From: Promethearchaeota archaeon
GTDB taxonomy: Archaea > Asgardarchaeota > Lokiarchaeia > Sigyniarchaeales > SOKP01
Assembly (NCBI GenBank): GCA_018238625.1
Contig: JABCSY010000001.1
Coordinates: 32,001-96,000 of the forward strand
Direction: 5' to 3'
DNA: 64,000 nt
This document shows, in pieces, positions 1 to 9,839 of this stretch (its first letter is position 1; the number at the start of each line of letters is the position of its first letter). The notes under the pieces are model-generated. The model was given only the letters and a program-made list of their open reading frames with translations. It had not been told where the DNA came from and did no database searches. A program made the position numbers and the translations under genes.

Positions 1-2
1 GA

Positions 3-92
3 GATTATATGGAGTCAAAAAAATTCATGCCAATATGTCCAGGGTGTTGTATCTTATATTTAGCTGGTAAAAAGTTGAGAAAAAAAAGATAA
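3..92 (+). CDS. 3' end of a gene truncated by the window edge (..DYMESKKFMPICPGCCILYLAGKKLRKKR*)
   Basis: Frame open from the window start to TAA at 90-92, convergent with the next gene; Cys cluster CPGCC. Confidence 0.4.
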   Translation, partial: DYMESKKFMPICPGCCILYLAGKKLRKKR

Positions 93-95
93 TCC

Positions 96-383
96 TCAGC
101 ATTTATCATCGTCTTTTAAAAAACGAGAACAAGTTTCGTCTAATTTCTTTATTATATGATTTCGATCTTTCCACATAATCCAGGTGCTTCCTGATTTTTC
201 AAAATGAAAACCATCGTATTCTTCTTTTATTTTAGTTAGCGTTTTTTTCACGAAGCTCCAAGAAAATCCGGTTTTCTCAACTACTTCAGCGATTGCGATT
301 GGACGATTCATTTCAAGATTGTTGTTAAAGAAATTTATTATTTTTTGGAAACCGGTTTTAGGAGCTGAATCTTTTTCATTCAT
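96..383 (-). CDS. Small winged-helix/HTH-like protein
   Basis: IAIAEVVEKTGFSWSFVKKTL helix-turn-helix pattern followed by a beta-wing (FHFEKSGSTWIMW). Confidence 0.55.
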   Translation of the reverse strand: MNEKDSAPKTGFQKIINFFNNNLEMNRPIAIAEVVEKTGFSWSFVKKTLTKIKEEYDGFHFEKSGSTWIMWKDRNHIIKKLDETCSRFLKDDDKC

Positions 384-456
384 TTTTCATGAAGAAATAA
401 TTATATCGATTATTTAGGTTAATACTTGTTGTAAATTAATATTTATTCTTAAAAAA

Positions 457-1659
457 TTATTTTCTCATTTTTAGAAAATTTCCAGATTTCATTAAGTTGC
501 ACGGTCTAAAATAAGCGATTCCAGTAAAATCTGAAAGATCATCTAACATATGAGACCATCTTTCGTAGTTCTTTTTACCAGCTCCAAAAGGTCCGGGCAT
601 GTCCATTCCAGCTAACATCGTGTCGTCAATTACTTTATATCCCGAAACAATTTTTTCCTCTAATAATCTACAACCTTCGTTTAATTGGATCGCGTAATAG
701 TGCTCTGGACTAAATAATCCTGCTTTTTCATGAAAGCTAATTTTTGGCTTTCCTTCAAACCACTCATAAATACCTTTTCCCGATTTTCGTCCCAAATTTC
801 CCGCTTTAAGAAGATTTGTGAGCGTTTTGCCGGGGGTAAATTCGGGTGAAATCTCTTTAACAAAATAATTCATAACATCGCAAATAACATCTAAACCTAA
901 GTAATCCCATTTAGCTAAGGGGCCTAATTCAGGGGAAGATATAAAATCATTGTCAATTTTTTCGTAAGGTATTCCTTTATCCGTTGCCATATCTAAAAGC
1001 CAATTAAAAAGGAGATTTGCCGCAATGGTTAAACGGTTTACAATAAAGCCTGGACTTTCTTTTTCTATTTTTGCGATATATCTTTTGCCTTTGAGCGCGG
1101 GTAGCTTTTGACCAATTGCTACTCCTAAGTTAAACGCTTCTTGAGATGTTTTTTCTCCTTTAATTAATTCAATTAATCGGAGTAACGGAATAGGAATAAA
1201 AAAATGCATTCCAATTACTTGTTCGGGTCTGTTTGACGCTTCGGCGATTTTAGAAATGCTCATTGTTGACGTATTTGTTGCCAATACGGCATGTTCTGGC
1301 GCGTATTGCCCGAGTTCTTTAAATAAATTTCGCTTTAATTCCATTACTTCGGGTATCGCTTCCACGATAAAGTCTGCTTCTTTAATAGAATTAATTAGGT
1401 TTTTATCAATCTTAAGTTTTTTAATTAGAGAAAGCGTGGTTAATCCTTGGCCTAACTTTCCTTTAGATTCAATTTTTTCTATACCAAGTTTAATAAATTT
1501 TTTCGCGTTATTTAGAGCATTTTCGTTAATGTCGTTCAAAATAACACTGTCAAATATATCTGACATTAAAGCAACTTGGGCAATTTCTCTCCCCATGGTT
1601 CCAGCACCAATGACCGTAAATGTTTTGATAGAACTTAAATCAACCATTATTTCTTTCAC
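457..1659 (-). CDS. 3-hydroxyacyl-CoA dehydrogenase (duplicated C-terminal domain type)
   Basis: GAGTMG Rossmann motif, EAIPE, TNTST, GMHFF, PGFIVNR, LGRKSGKGIY. Confidence 0.93.
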   Translation of the reverse strand: MKEIMVDLSSIKTFTVIGAGTMGREIAQVALMSDIFDSVILNDINENALNNAKKFIKLGIEKIESKGKLGQGLTTLSLIKKLKIDKNLINSIKEADFIVEAIPEVMELKRNLFKELGQYAPEHAVLATNTSTMSISKIAEASNRPEQVIGMHFFIPIPLLRLIELIKGEKTSQEAFNLGVAIGQKLPALKGKRYIAKIEKESPGFIVNRLTIAANLLFNWLLDMATDKGIPYEKIDNDFISSPELGPLAKWDYLGLDVICDVMNYFVKEISPEFTPGKTLTNLLKAGNLGRKSGKGIYEWFEGKPKISFHEKAGLFSPEHYYAIQLNEGCRLLEEKIVSGYKVIDDTMLAGMDMPGPFGAGKKNYERWSHMLDDLSDFTGIAYFRPCNLMKSGNFLKMRK

Positions 1660-1671
1660 CTCTTAGAAATT

Positions 1672-2736
1672 TTAAAAAAAGATATTTAATGTAAATTGAG
1701 ACAGGAAAAAAGCACCTATGCCTAAGAAAATAGAAATTGGGAGTCCAGGCAGAATTTTATTTCTTTTTAATCCCGAAATTGTAATTCCTGTTCCGATCAG
1801 AATTGCAACTGTGGTAAAAACCATGATTATTACATTATTTGTATGAAGAAGGACGCTGGAAGTAAGTAGACTGTAAAAAGCTAAATCCCCGATACCAATC
1901 TCTAATTTTGATGTATCATAGATTATTTCACCGTTCTTAATTTTTTCTTTTATTTCTGTTTTTGTTAAGTTATTTTCATCGTCATTTTGAGAAGCTATAT
2001 CTATCATAGCTTTAATTGGACCATGTTTATAAAGAACACCAAAGATATCCCAAAGCGAGATGCCAATTAATATAGCTAAAGTGCTCCAAAAGGGCAAAAT
2101 AATACTCATCGAAGCACTAATTAATAAGCTGACGTATAAAACGATTAAGTTTTTTGTATTAATTGATTTTGAAGTATAATATTTGTAAAGTATTAGAAAG
2201 ACTAAAATTGCCGTCAGTGTTGGCAAGTAGATGTTAATTAATAGAAAATAAAGCTTCAAAACGAAAGTTGTTTCAGGAAATTGAACAAAGATTACATATA
2301 TAATTACCTCGGAAAACATTAGAGTCATAAAGAAACTTATAAAAGCAAAACTCAGGCCAAAAATGTATTTTAGAACATCTATTCCAAATTTTTTTATAAG
2401 AAAGACGATAACAAACGCTGAAACTACGGCCATTATAGTGAAAATAGCTCCATTTAATACTGCGGCCAAGGCACCAAACTCGGCTTCAGAGACATAGCTT
2501 TCTTCAATCTGGATACCCGCAACAAAAAATGTGAGGTAGGCTAAAATAGCTGCAAAAACAATAACTATTACTATAGGTAATGGATATAACAAAGATTTAA
2601 TTCTGTAAGTTGGTATAAAGTGAGGTACAAAATCTTTTTCTATTACTTCTTTTTGCTTCTCGTTAATTTCCAAATTTAATTGAGCATCTCTTTGGTCATC
2701 GTCTTGAGAATTTATTGATTTAGGACTATCCGACAT
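1672..2736 (-). CDS. Presenilin-family intramembrane aspartyl protease (GxGD)
   Basis: Multiple TM helices; WD (TM6), GIGD (TM7), PGLP (PAL-equivalent) motifs. Confidence 0.9.
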   Translation of the reverse strand: MSDSPKSINSQDDDQRDAQLNLEINEKQKEVIEKDFVPHFIPTYRIKSLLYPLPIVIVIVFAAILAYLTFFVAGIQIEESYVSEAEFGALAAVLNGAIFTIMAVVSAFVIVFLIKKFGIDVLKYIFGLSFAFISFFMTLMFSEVIIYVIFVQFPETTFVLKLYFLLINIYLPTLTAILVFLILYKYYTSKSINTKNLIVLYVSLLISASMSIILPFWSTLAILIGISLWDIFGVLYKHGPIKAMIDIASQNDDENNLTKTEIKEKIKNGEIIYDTSKLEIGIGDLAFYSLLTSSVLLHTNNVIIMVFTTVAILIGTGITISGLKRNKILPGLPISIFLGIGAFFLSQFTLNIFF

Positions 2737-2841
2737 TACAATAATAAGAAAGATTTTTATAATAATTATTTAAATTTATAAAATTTTTTATAACTTAAAT
2801 AGATAATATTTATGAATAAAAAAAGAGTATAACCGTTTTTT

Positions 2842-3543
2842 ATGTCAAAATTTCAAAATGGTAAAGATTTTTTAAATAAGCACACTCTAGTATTACCAAT
2901 AAATCAATCTACTAATAGACGAATTATATTTCCTTGTCATTTGGGAATTATCTTTATTGGTAATGTGTCAACTTCTATGTTAAAAAAGTTGAGATTTCAT
3001 TTGGAACAAACATTCGATTCTTTTTTTTTCGACATTCAGTTTATAGAAGATGCAAATTTACACCCTGACATATTTAAATTAAAAGCCAAGGAGGAGCATA
3101 ATTTATTAAATAAATCTTCAGAAAAGGTCCTCCTCCAACCAACTAATAGATTTTATGAAATTATTGTAAATAAAAAATTTGAATATAATTTTGATATTGG
3201 CATAGGATTGACAAATATACCAATCTATTCAAGTAGTAATGAAAATTTATTATTTTTATTTGGAGAGGCACATATTAAATACATGTGTGCTATAGTATCT
3301 ACTCATAACCTGATAGATTTGTTTACTTTTAAAGATGTTAAATTGAAAAAGATAGAAAGAAGGATCTACAAAGAAGTAATTCATGAAATTGGGCATTTAA
3401 TCTTCGGTTGTGAGCATTGTCTTAATGATTATTGTGTTATGCGCTTCTCTAAAAATATTAAAGAAATTGATAATAAATCTATTTATCTCTGTGAGAAATG
3501 TAAATTAAAACTAGAAAAAGTTAGAGCGAGAGATAATTTTTAA
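2842..3543 (+). CDS. Archaemetzincin-family zinc metalloprotease
   Basis: FLFGEA, HEIGHLIFGCEHC, CVMRFS Met-turn, C-terminal LCEKC. Confidence 0.85.
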   Translation: MSKFQNGKDFLNKHTLVLPINQSTNRRIIFPCHLGIIFIGNVSTSMLKKLRFHLEQTFDSFFFDIQFIEDANLHPDIFKLKAKEEHNLLNKSSEKVLLQPTNRFYEIIVNKKFEYNFDIGIGLTNIPIYSSSNENLLFLFGEAHIKYMCAIVSTHNLIDLFTFKDVKLKKIERRIYKEVIHEIGHLIFGCEHCLNDYCVMRFSKNIKEIDNKSIYLCEKCKLKLEKVRARDNF

Positions 3544-4802
3544 AAGGTTACGCTTGGCAATTGTAGGATAAATTCTTTTACTAACTCCACGCGAGTTTTT
3601 CTATCTTTTCCATTGTATCGTAAAGGATAGAGTTCGTTAATTGTGAAATTGTATAGTTTAATCCATGTTTTTGCGATTTCGCTTATTCTATAATCTTGAG
3701 CTACTTTTTGAGCATTTTTTCCAAATTCTGCCCTAAGATCGTCATCTTTTAATAACTTTATAACGTAATCTTTAAATTGATCGAGATTATTTGCTAAATA
3801 CCCCGTTTTGCCATGTCGAATTATATTGCTAATTCCACAAGCATTAGCTCCAACACTGGGAGTTCCCTGAGCCATCGCTTCGAGTAAGACAAGCCCTTCA
3901 GCTTCAATCCACGACCACAAGCAAGTTAGATCTGCTGTATTATATAATTTTAATAAATCTGGAAAAGGTATTCTACCAGCATACGAGACGAAATCTCGAT
4001 ATTGTTTCTTTTTAATTATTCTTTTTACGTGGTCAGTTGAAGGACCGTCGCTTCCAACTAATAATAAGTGAGCGTTAGGAATTGCTTTACGAACTTCTTT
4101 AAATATTTTAATAATATCTATAGGGTGCTTTTCTGGGGATAACCTCGATGCGTATAAAAGGACCTTTTTACCTTCTAAATTATATTTTTCACGAATACCA
4201 TTTTCTTTTAAATCTGTAAAATATAAATCGTGAATACCATTCGTCATGCAAATCATAGGTTCTTTAAATCTGTAATCTCTTAACAAATCTTTTTTGGATT
4301 TTGTAGCAACATGGACAACATCGTATTTATCCACTATATGGCGTTCGTATCTCCAAATAAGGTCGCCTTTTGTTAATAGGTTACCAATAACCGGAACATA
4401 TTGAGCCGTGTAATACTGCATAGGACTATTATGGGTCCCTATCATTGGAATCCCTAAATATTTAGACCAATTTACTGCCATGGATCCTACAACAGCATGC
4501 GTATGGATGTGGGAAATATCGAGATAATCGTGTTTGCAGAAAAAGATTTTATGTATAGGGGCACTTAAAACAAAACCCGTTTTAGGAGCAATCATTACAC
4601 CCCCAATTTCGTGAAAATGTAAAGTTTTCGGCTTTTTATACCCATTTTGAACTCGAGGAGCAAAAACATGAACATTGTGACCAAGATTTGCAATTGCTTC
4701 GGATAAAAATCGAACAGCGTGAGCAGTACCATTAACCTGACTGTACATTGTGCTGAAAAAACCGATATTAAGTGCTTGTTTAGCCATGGTTGTTATCCAC
4801 AA
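3540..4802 (-). CDS. GT4 (GT-B) glycosyltransferase
   Basis: QVNGTA N-terminal motif, SRLSPEK, EAEGLVLLEAMAQGTP (E-x7-E). Confidence 0.9.
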   Translation of the reverse strand: MWITTMAKQALNIGFFSTMYSQVNGTAHAVRFLSEAIANLGHNVHVFAPRVQNGYKKPKTLHFHEIGGVMIAPKTGFVLSAPIHKIFFCKHDYLDISHIHTHAVVGSMAVNWSKYLGIPMIGTHNSPMQYYTAQYVPVIGNLLTKGDLIWRYERHIVDKYDVVHVATKSKKDLLRDYRFKEPMICMTNGIHDLYFTDLKENGIREKYNLEGKKVLLYASRLSPEKHPIDIIKIFKEVRKAIPNAHLLLVGSDGPSTDHVKRIIKKKQYRDFVSYAGRIPFPDLLKLYNTADLTCLWSWIEAEGLVLLEAMAQGTPSVGANACGISNIIRHGKTGYLANNLDQFKDYVIKLLKDDDLRAEFGKNAQKVAQDYRISEIAKTWIKLYNFTINELYPLRYNGKDRKTRVELVKEFILQLPSVTF

Positions 4803-5043
4803 ACAAATATTTTAATTGTTTTATATGTTTATCTAGAAGTTTATTTATATTTTAAACATAAGTTTTTATTAAATTTTTCACGATTTCTTAATAAAACCGT
4901 TGAAACCGTTAGTTTTAAATACGATAAATTTTGATTGAGTTTATTTTTTTAAATAATAAAGTAATATCCAGAGGAATTACTTTTATTACGCAATTTTTAA
5001 GCATTCTTATTTGGAAATAATGATTTAAATATTAGATTGAGAT

Positions 5044-5526
5044 ATGCCGAAATATCATATGAAAAAAAAAGAAAGGGAAATAACGAATAAAAATACGATA
5101 ATTGAAATATTGAAAAATGGAAAATTTGCAACTATTTCAATGTGTAGAGCTAACGAACCTTACATCGTAACTTTAAGTTATGGTTTTGACTTAAAAAGAA
5201 ATTCTTTATACTTTCATAGTGCTAAAGAAGGGTTAAAGGGTGAGTTTTTAAGGGAAAACTCGAACGTGTGTGGCACAGTAGTGAATGATCTAGGTTATGT
5301 TATGAACGATTGTTCTCATAAGTACCGTTCTATCGTATTCTGGGGTCAAATGGTAATTGTAGAAGATTTGAAAGAAAAAAAATACGGATTTAACATCATT
5401 CTAAATCACTTAGAAGATAATCCAGATAAAGTGAAAAAAAGATTCCTTGAAAATGATCAAGCGTATGATAAAGTATGTATTATAAAATTAAATCTTATTG
5501 AGATGACTGGAAAAGCATTGTTGTAA
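5044..5526 (+). CDS. Pyridoxamine 5'-phosphate oxidase-like FMN-binding protein (NimA/NimC type)
   Basis: PYIVTLSYG, LYFHSAKEG-K, YRSIVFWG. Confidence 0.85.
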   Translation: MPKYHMKKKEREITNKNTIIEILKNGKFATISMCRANEPYIVTLSYGFDLKRNSLYFHSAKEGLKGEFLRENSNVCGTVVNDLGYVMNDCSHKYRSIVFWGQMVIVEDLKEKKYGFNIILNHLEDNPDKVKKRFLENDQAYDKVCIIKLNLIEMTGKALL

Positions 5527-5599
5527 GTAATTTTTATTTAAATAAATAATTTTTAGAAAAATAGAAAAATTTTTTTTAACTGCATGCTATTTTTATATT

Positions 5600-5779
5600 A
5601 TGGACACTGCTGAAGAAAAAATAATTGTCAACGAAATATTAAAAGATAGAGCGTTGTCTTATTCTATTGAATTATTAGAAGTTGAAGGAGACAAATATAC
5701 TGTACGAAATACTTTTGGCTTAACAATAATATATAAGAAAAAGGGAAGTAAATACTTCTTAGAGGACGAATTAGATTAG
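5600..5779 (+). CDS. Small hypothetical protein, 59 aa, absent from the ORF track
   Basis: ATG 5600 to TAG 5777-5779: MDTAEEKIIVNEILKDRALSYSIELLEVEGDKYTVRNTFGLTIIYKKKGSKYFLEDELD; protein-like composition filling an intergenic gap. Confidence 0.65.
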   Translation: MDTAEEKIIVNEILKDRALSYSIELLEVEGDKYTVRNTFGLTIIYKKKGSKYFLEDELD

Positions 5780-5956
5780 ATTTTTGCTTATTTAAGAGGT
5801 TAAGATCCCACAAAATTCTAAAAACCATATATTGAAATAATAAACTAACTATCTATGGTCTTTTTTAAATGAGTAATATTAATAAAAGACAATTATATTT
5901 TTTCATACATAAAATTATAAAATTATTTTTTTATTAATTTAACAATAGAATATTTT

Positions 5957-7150
5957 TTGGTTAGAATCATGAGAAAAAGAAAGCTTAAATCAAATAGTTT
6001 TGATGAGATGTACAACGAACAATTTCGAGCGGTAATAGACAATTGTACTTCTCTTTCAATATATAATAAAAAAAGAAGATCTTTTTGTATTATTCGAAAG
6101 AACTTAGCAAAAGATTATGAAATTGAAGTCGATGCTTCAGAAGCGCCAGTATTAAACAAATTGCTTGATTCACCGCAACCTTTTGAAAGCTCAATGGCTA
6201 ATTTAAATATTTTTGAGAATGAAATTTTTCCCTTAATTGATGCTTTTAAAAATGTTTTTGGAGAGGAAAAAGAGCTAAAATTAAAATCCATTAAATTAGC
6301 AATTGGAGGAAGTAATACTGATTATGTTACAATCAGAGAAAATGATTTAACAAAGTATGATGTAAAACCAACTCTCAGTGGATTGAGAGATTTCATTGAA
6401 GAAAACAATGATAGCATTTTAGGCTTTCTTGATAGTGAATATATTAGCGAAGAGGGAAATGTAATTTATTTAAACTGTGAAAAAAACGAAGTTTCTGATA
6501 ATATTTACTCGATAAAGATCAAAATCCTAGCGTCAATGCAACAACGAGGATATTTCCTCCAAGAAGAGCACAAATATTATGGTCTACAATTATTTATTAT
6601 CATAGAATCAAGAAAACCGAACGATGACAAATTATTTAAATTTTTAAAAGAGTTAGGAATCGATTGGGAATTGATCTTTTTTCGAAGAAGATTGGCAATT
6701 CACGATTGGACGGAGATTGAATGTCAAAATAATTCTGAAAACCTTAAATGCTTTATAAGAACAAAGTTTGACACCTTAAATTATTTTGACATAAACAACA
6801 TCATTAGAATAATAGTAAAAAATCAATTACCTTTCAATGTGGCGGACAAAATGGCTTCTTTATTATACAAGATGAAATCTGAAAGAGCTATAGAACTACA
6901 AGAAAAAAAATATCAATACGACCCATTTATTGATGAATCGATACAAAATGAGAGAAATTATCGAAAAACACGCTATATCGATCAAACACAACCAGTTGAC
7001 GAATATTCTCTAACCTTGAAAAAAGCTGAAATTGCTGCAGCAGCTAAAATAGCTTGCGCCTATTTAGGAATTCATACAGAAATTAAAATTGATAAAGATA
7101 TATCCAATGCAGAAATATTAAAATATCAAAGCGAATTAACTAATTTTTAG
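5957..7150 (+). CDS. Hypothetical protein
   Basis: 397-aa ORF; no motif recognised. Confidence 0.7.
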   Translation: MVRIMRKRKLKSNSFDEMYNEQFRAVIDNCTSLSIYNKKRRSFCIIRKNLAKDYEIEVDASEAPVLNKLLDSPQPFESSMANLNIFENEIFPLIDAFKNVFGEEKELKLKSIKLAIGGSNTDYVTIRENDLTKYDVKPTLSGLRDFIEENNDSILGFLDSEYISEEGNVIYLNCEKNEVSDNIYSIKIKILASMQQRGYFLQEEHKYYGLQLFIIIESRKPNDDKLFKFLKELGIDWELIFFRRRLAIHDWTEIECQNNSENLKCFIRTKFDTLNYFDINNIIRIIVKNQLPFNVADKMASLLYKMKSERAIELQEKKYQYDPFIDESIQNERNYRKTRYIDQTQPVDEYSLTLKKAEIAAAAKIACAYLGIHTEIKIDKDISNAEILKYQSELTNF

Positions 7151-7211
7151 ATTTTTGAATCGTAATTTAGCAGAAATAAAAAAAAATAGAGTAATATTGA
7201 TAAAGTTAATT

Positions 7212-8219
7212 TTAACTTAACTTATAGGACTCTTTTAATAAATTGTGGTTAATTTCACCAACTGTAATACTCTTTCCTGTTTGAACATTTGTTACCGTAT
7301 AAATTGCCGGAGCGAATAATCCTGGATCAATCGCATAGAAATCATAATTTGCTGCTTTAAATGTTTCTATAAATGGTTTTCCATAACTAGACGATGTATT
7401 TGCAGGAGCTTTTTTAAGCAGATCAAAAAGTTCATCTTGTTTGTCCTTTTCAACATCAATCGTATAGTAAGTCATACCGGCTGCACTAATAGAATCATTA
7501 GTTCGCCCCATAGCTCCAAGATCGTCTTTAGCAATAGGGGCTATTGTAGCCGTTCCAAAACCGTCTTTGAGCACATCTAAAGGAAAATGTATTTCATGGA
7601 GTTTATGTATGCCCGTTTCTACGATTCTAGCAGCAACTTGGATGGAGCCCGTTAAACACGCAGTAGGGGCGCAGACGGCATAAGTCTTACTTGCGTCTAC
7701 TCCACATTTTTCTGCTACTATTGCCATCACTTCTTCGTTAGGCAACTTTGCGGTTTCAAAAACAATCACAGCACAGTCCGAATCGTCGGCGTATTTAATT
7801 TCTTCGAATAACTTCTCTACTTTACTTTTAGCTCTAGCAGGTCCTGAACCTAATGATTGAAAAATTGTCTTTTTTTTTTTAACACCTTCTTTTTCTACTT
7901 CTTTTTTCAATTTTACGTTCCATCCCGCTAGTTGAGATGCCATACAAGATATTATTGGTTCGGAAGTATAAACATTGACACTCGGTATATAATGACCATC
8001 TAAGTTATAGGAAGTAAAGTCAACTGTTCCTAATCCGCCCATACAAATTTCACCAACTAGTTTTCCCCCGTTCCACGACGCATTTGTCATGTCTAAGACT
8101 GTAGCACCATTATCAAGTTTATGTATTTCGGCTTTATAAAATTCTTTATTTTCAATTATTTTTTCAACAAGCTTTAAAGTTAGCTCATTAATTTTAACAT
8201 GGTGTGTCATATTTTTCAC
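7212..8219 (-). CDS. mch: Methenyl-tetrahydromethanopterin cyclohydrolase
   Basis: EICMGGLG, CMASQLAGW, GSGPARA, GSIQVAARIVETGIHK, MGRTND, YDFYAIDPGLFAPA. Confidence 0.95.
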   Translation of the reverse strand: MKNMTHHVKINELTLKLVEKIIENKEFYKAEIHKLDNGATVLDMTNASWNGGKLVGEICMGGLGTVDFTSYNLDGHYIPSVNVYTSEPIISCMASQLAGWNVKLKKEVEKEGVKKKKTIFQSLGSGPARAKSKVEKLFEEIKYADDSDCAVIVFETAKLPNEEVMAIVAEKCGVDASKTYAVCAPTACLTGSIQVAARIVETGIHKLHEIHFPLDVLKDGFGTATIAPIAKDDLGAMGRTNDSISAAGMTYYTIDVEKDKQDELFDLLKKAPANTSSSYGKPFIETFKAANYDFYAIDPGLFAPAIYTVTNVQTGKSITVGEINHNLLKESYKLS

Positions 8220-8305
8220 TTAATATTTTTTTTTAATTGAGTATTTAATATTAAATTCTTATTTTAATATATTAAATTAAGTTTATATTAAAATTTTATA
8301 AAAAA

Positions 8306-9811
8306 ATGAATGAAAAACTTAAACTATTAACATCTGATCTAACAGAAACAATAAAATGGTTTCAAGATCATCTAAAAAAGTCTGAGGCTTCTGTTCAGAT
8401 ATATACTCATTTAGATGCAGATGGGTTAACCTCTGGGGCAATTCTTGGGAAAGCTCTATATAGGGAAGATATTCCTTTTCAGATTTCTGTGTTAAAACAA
8501 TTAGAAAGAGAAGAAATTATTAAAATCGCAGAAAAAGTTCAAGACTATAATAATGTAGTAATTTTTTCTGATTTTGGTAGCGGACAATATTTAGAACTTG
8601 AGGATAAATTAAATAGTAATAGTATAAAAACGCCTTATATTATTTTAGATCACCATTTTCCCCAAAATATTTCAGATAAGAATGACAAAAAAATTAAAGA
8701 TATTTATAAAAATTCGAAACCTTGGCATATCAATCCTTATTTTTATGAAATTGATGGTAGTAAAGAAATTTCTGGAGCAGGAATTTGTTACTTCTTCGCT
8801 AAAACATTAAATAAGAATAATATAGATCTGTCTCCAACAGCACTTATAGGAGCAACGGGTGATGTTCAAAATCGGGGACCTAATAATTCTTTTACCGGAT
8901 TAAATTCTATTATTTTAGAAGATGCCGTTAAGGTAGATTTAGTCGAAAAGGTAAATGACTTGAATTTTTCTCCTATTAAACCTCTAAACGAAGCAATAGC
9001 TTACTCCGGCGATATTAATTTACCAGGATTAAGTGGAAATACGAGTAAAATGTTAAAATTCTTACAAACTTTAGGAATTTTAATGGAAAAATCAGATGGA
9101 GATATAAGAACTTTAAATGATTTTAACCAAGAAGAAAAACAGAAGGTTTCTTCTGCCATAATTAGGTATGTATCTCTTAAACTCGATGTTGAGCCTTCTG
9201 AAATTATAAATAAGCTTATTATTAATAGGTATATATTAAAAAATGAATTAGTTGGTTCTGAATTACACGATTTAAAAGAATTTTCCTATCTTTTAAATTC
9301 ATGTGGGAGAAGTCACAATGGATCGTTAGGAATCGCTATTGCAATGGGCGATAGAAAAATTGCTTATAAGAAAGCAAGAGAGCATTTAATAGAGTATAAG
9401 AAATCTTTAGCCCAAGCATTATCATGGATACACGATGAAAATAAAATTCAACTCAAAGAACACATCCAATTTTTTTTTGGAGAAGAAGTTATACCAGAAG
9501 CTATTATCGGTACAATTGCCTCTATGTTAATGTTTAGCAAAAGCGATATAATAGATAAATCAAAACCTATTTTTGGGTGTGCCAAAAGAAAAGAGGAGGA
9601 TGTATATAAAATATCGAGTAGGGCGAACGATAATATTGTGAAAAAAGGGGTAAACCTTTCAGAGGCGATCAGAGAAGCACTAAAACTTTCAAATTTAGAC
9701 GCATTAGGCGGAGGTCATCCGCCAGCTGCGGGTACAATAGTTCCAGTTGATAAAATTGATACTTTTTTAGAAAATTGTAATAAAATAATTAAAAAACAAC
9801 TACAAGAATAA
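8306..9811 (+). CDS. Archaeal RecJ/Cdc45-like DHH phosphoesterase
   Basis: HLDADG, SDFGSG, LDHH, GATGD and DHHA1 GGGHPPAAG. Confidence 0.9.
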   Translation: MNEKLKLLTSDLTETIKWFQDHLKKSEASVQIYTHLDADGLTSGAILGKALYREDIPFQISVLKQLEREEIIKIAEKVQDYNNVVIFSDFGSGQYLELEDKLNSNSIKTPYIILDHHFPQNISDKNDKKIKDIYKNSKPWHINPYFYEIDGSKEISGAGICYFFAKTLNKNNIDLSPTALIGATGDVQNRGPNNSFTGLNSIILEDAVKVDLVEKVNDLNFSPIKPLNEAIAYSGDINLPGLSGNTSKMLKFLQTLGILMEKSDGDIRTLNDFNQEEKQKVSSAIIRYVSLKLDVEPSEIINKLIINRYILKNELVGSELHDLKEFSYLLNSCGRSHNGSLGIAIAMGDRKIAYKKAREHLIEYKKSLAQALSWIHDENKIQLKEHIQFFFGEEVIPEAIIGTIASMLMFSKSDIIDKSKPIFGCAKRKEEDVYKISSRANDNIVKKGVNLSEAIREALKLSNLDALGGGHPPAAGTIVPVDKIDTFLENCNKIIKKQLQE

Positions 9812-9839
9812 AGAGATTGTTCCTTTAATTTATGTTTTT

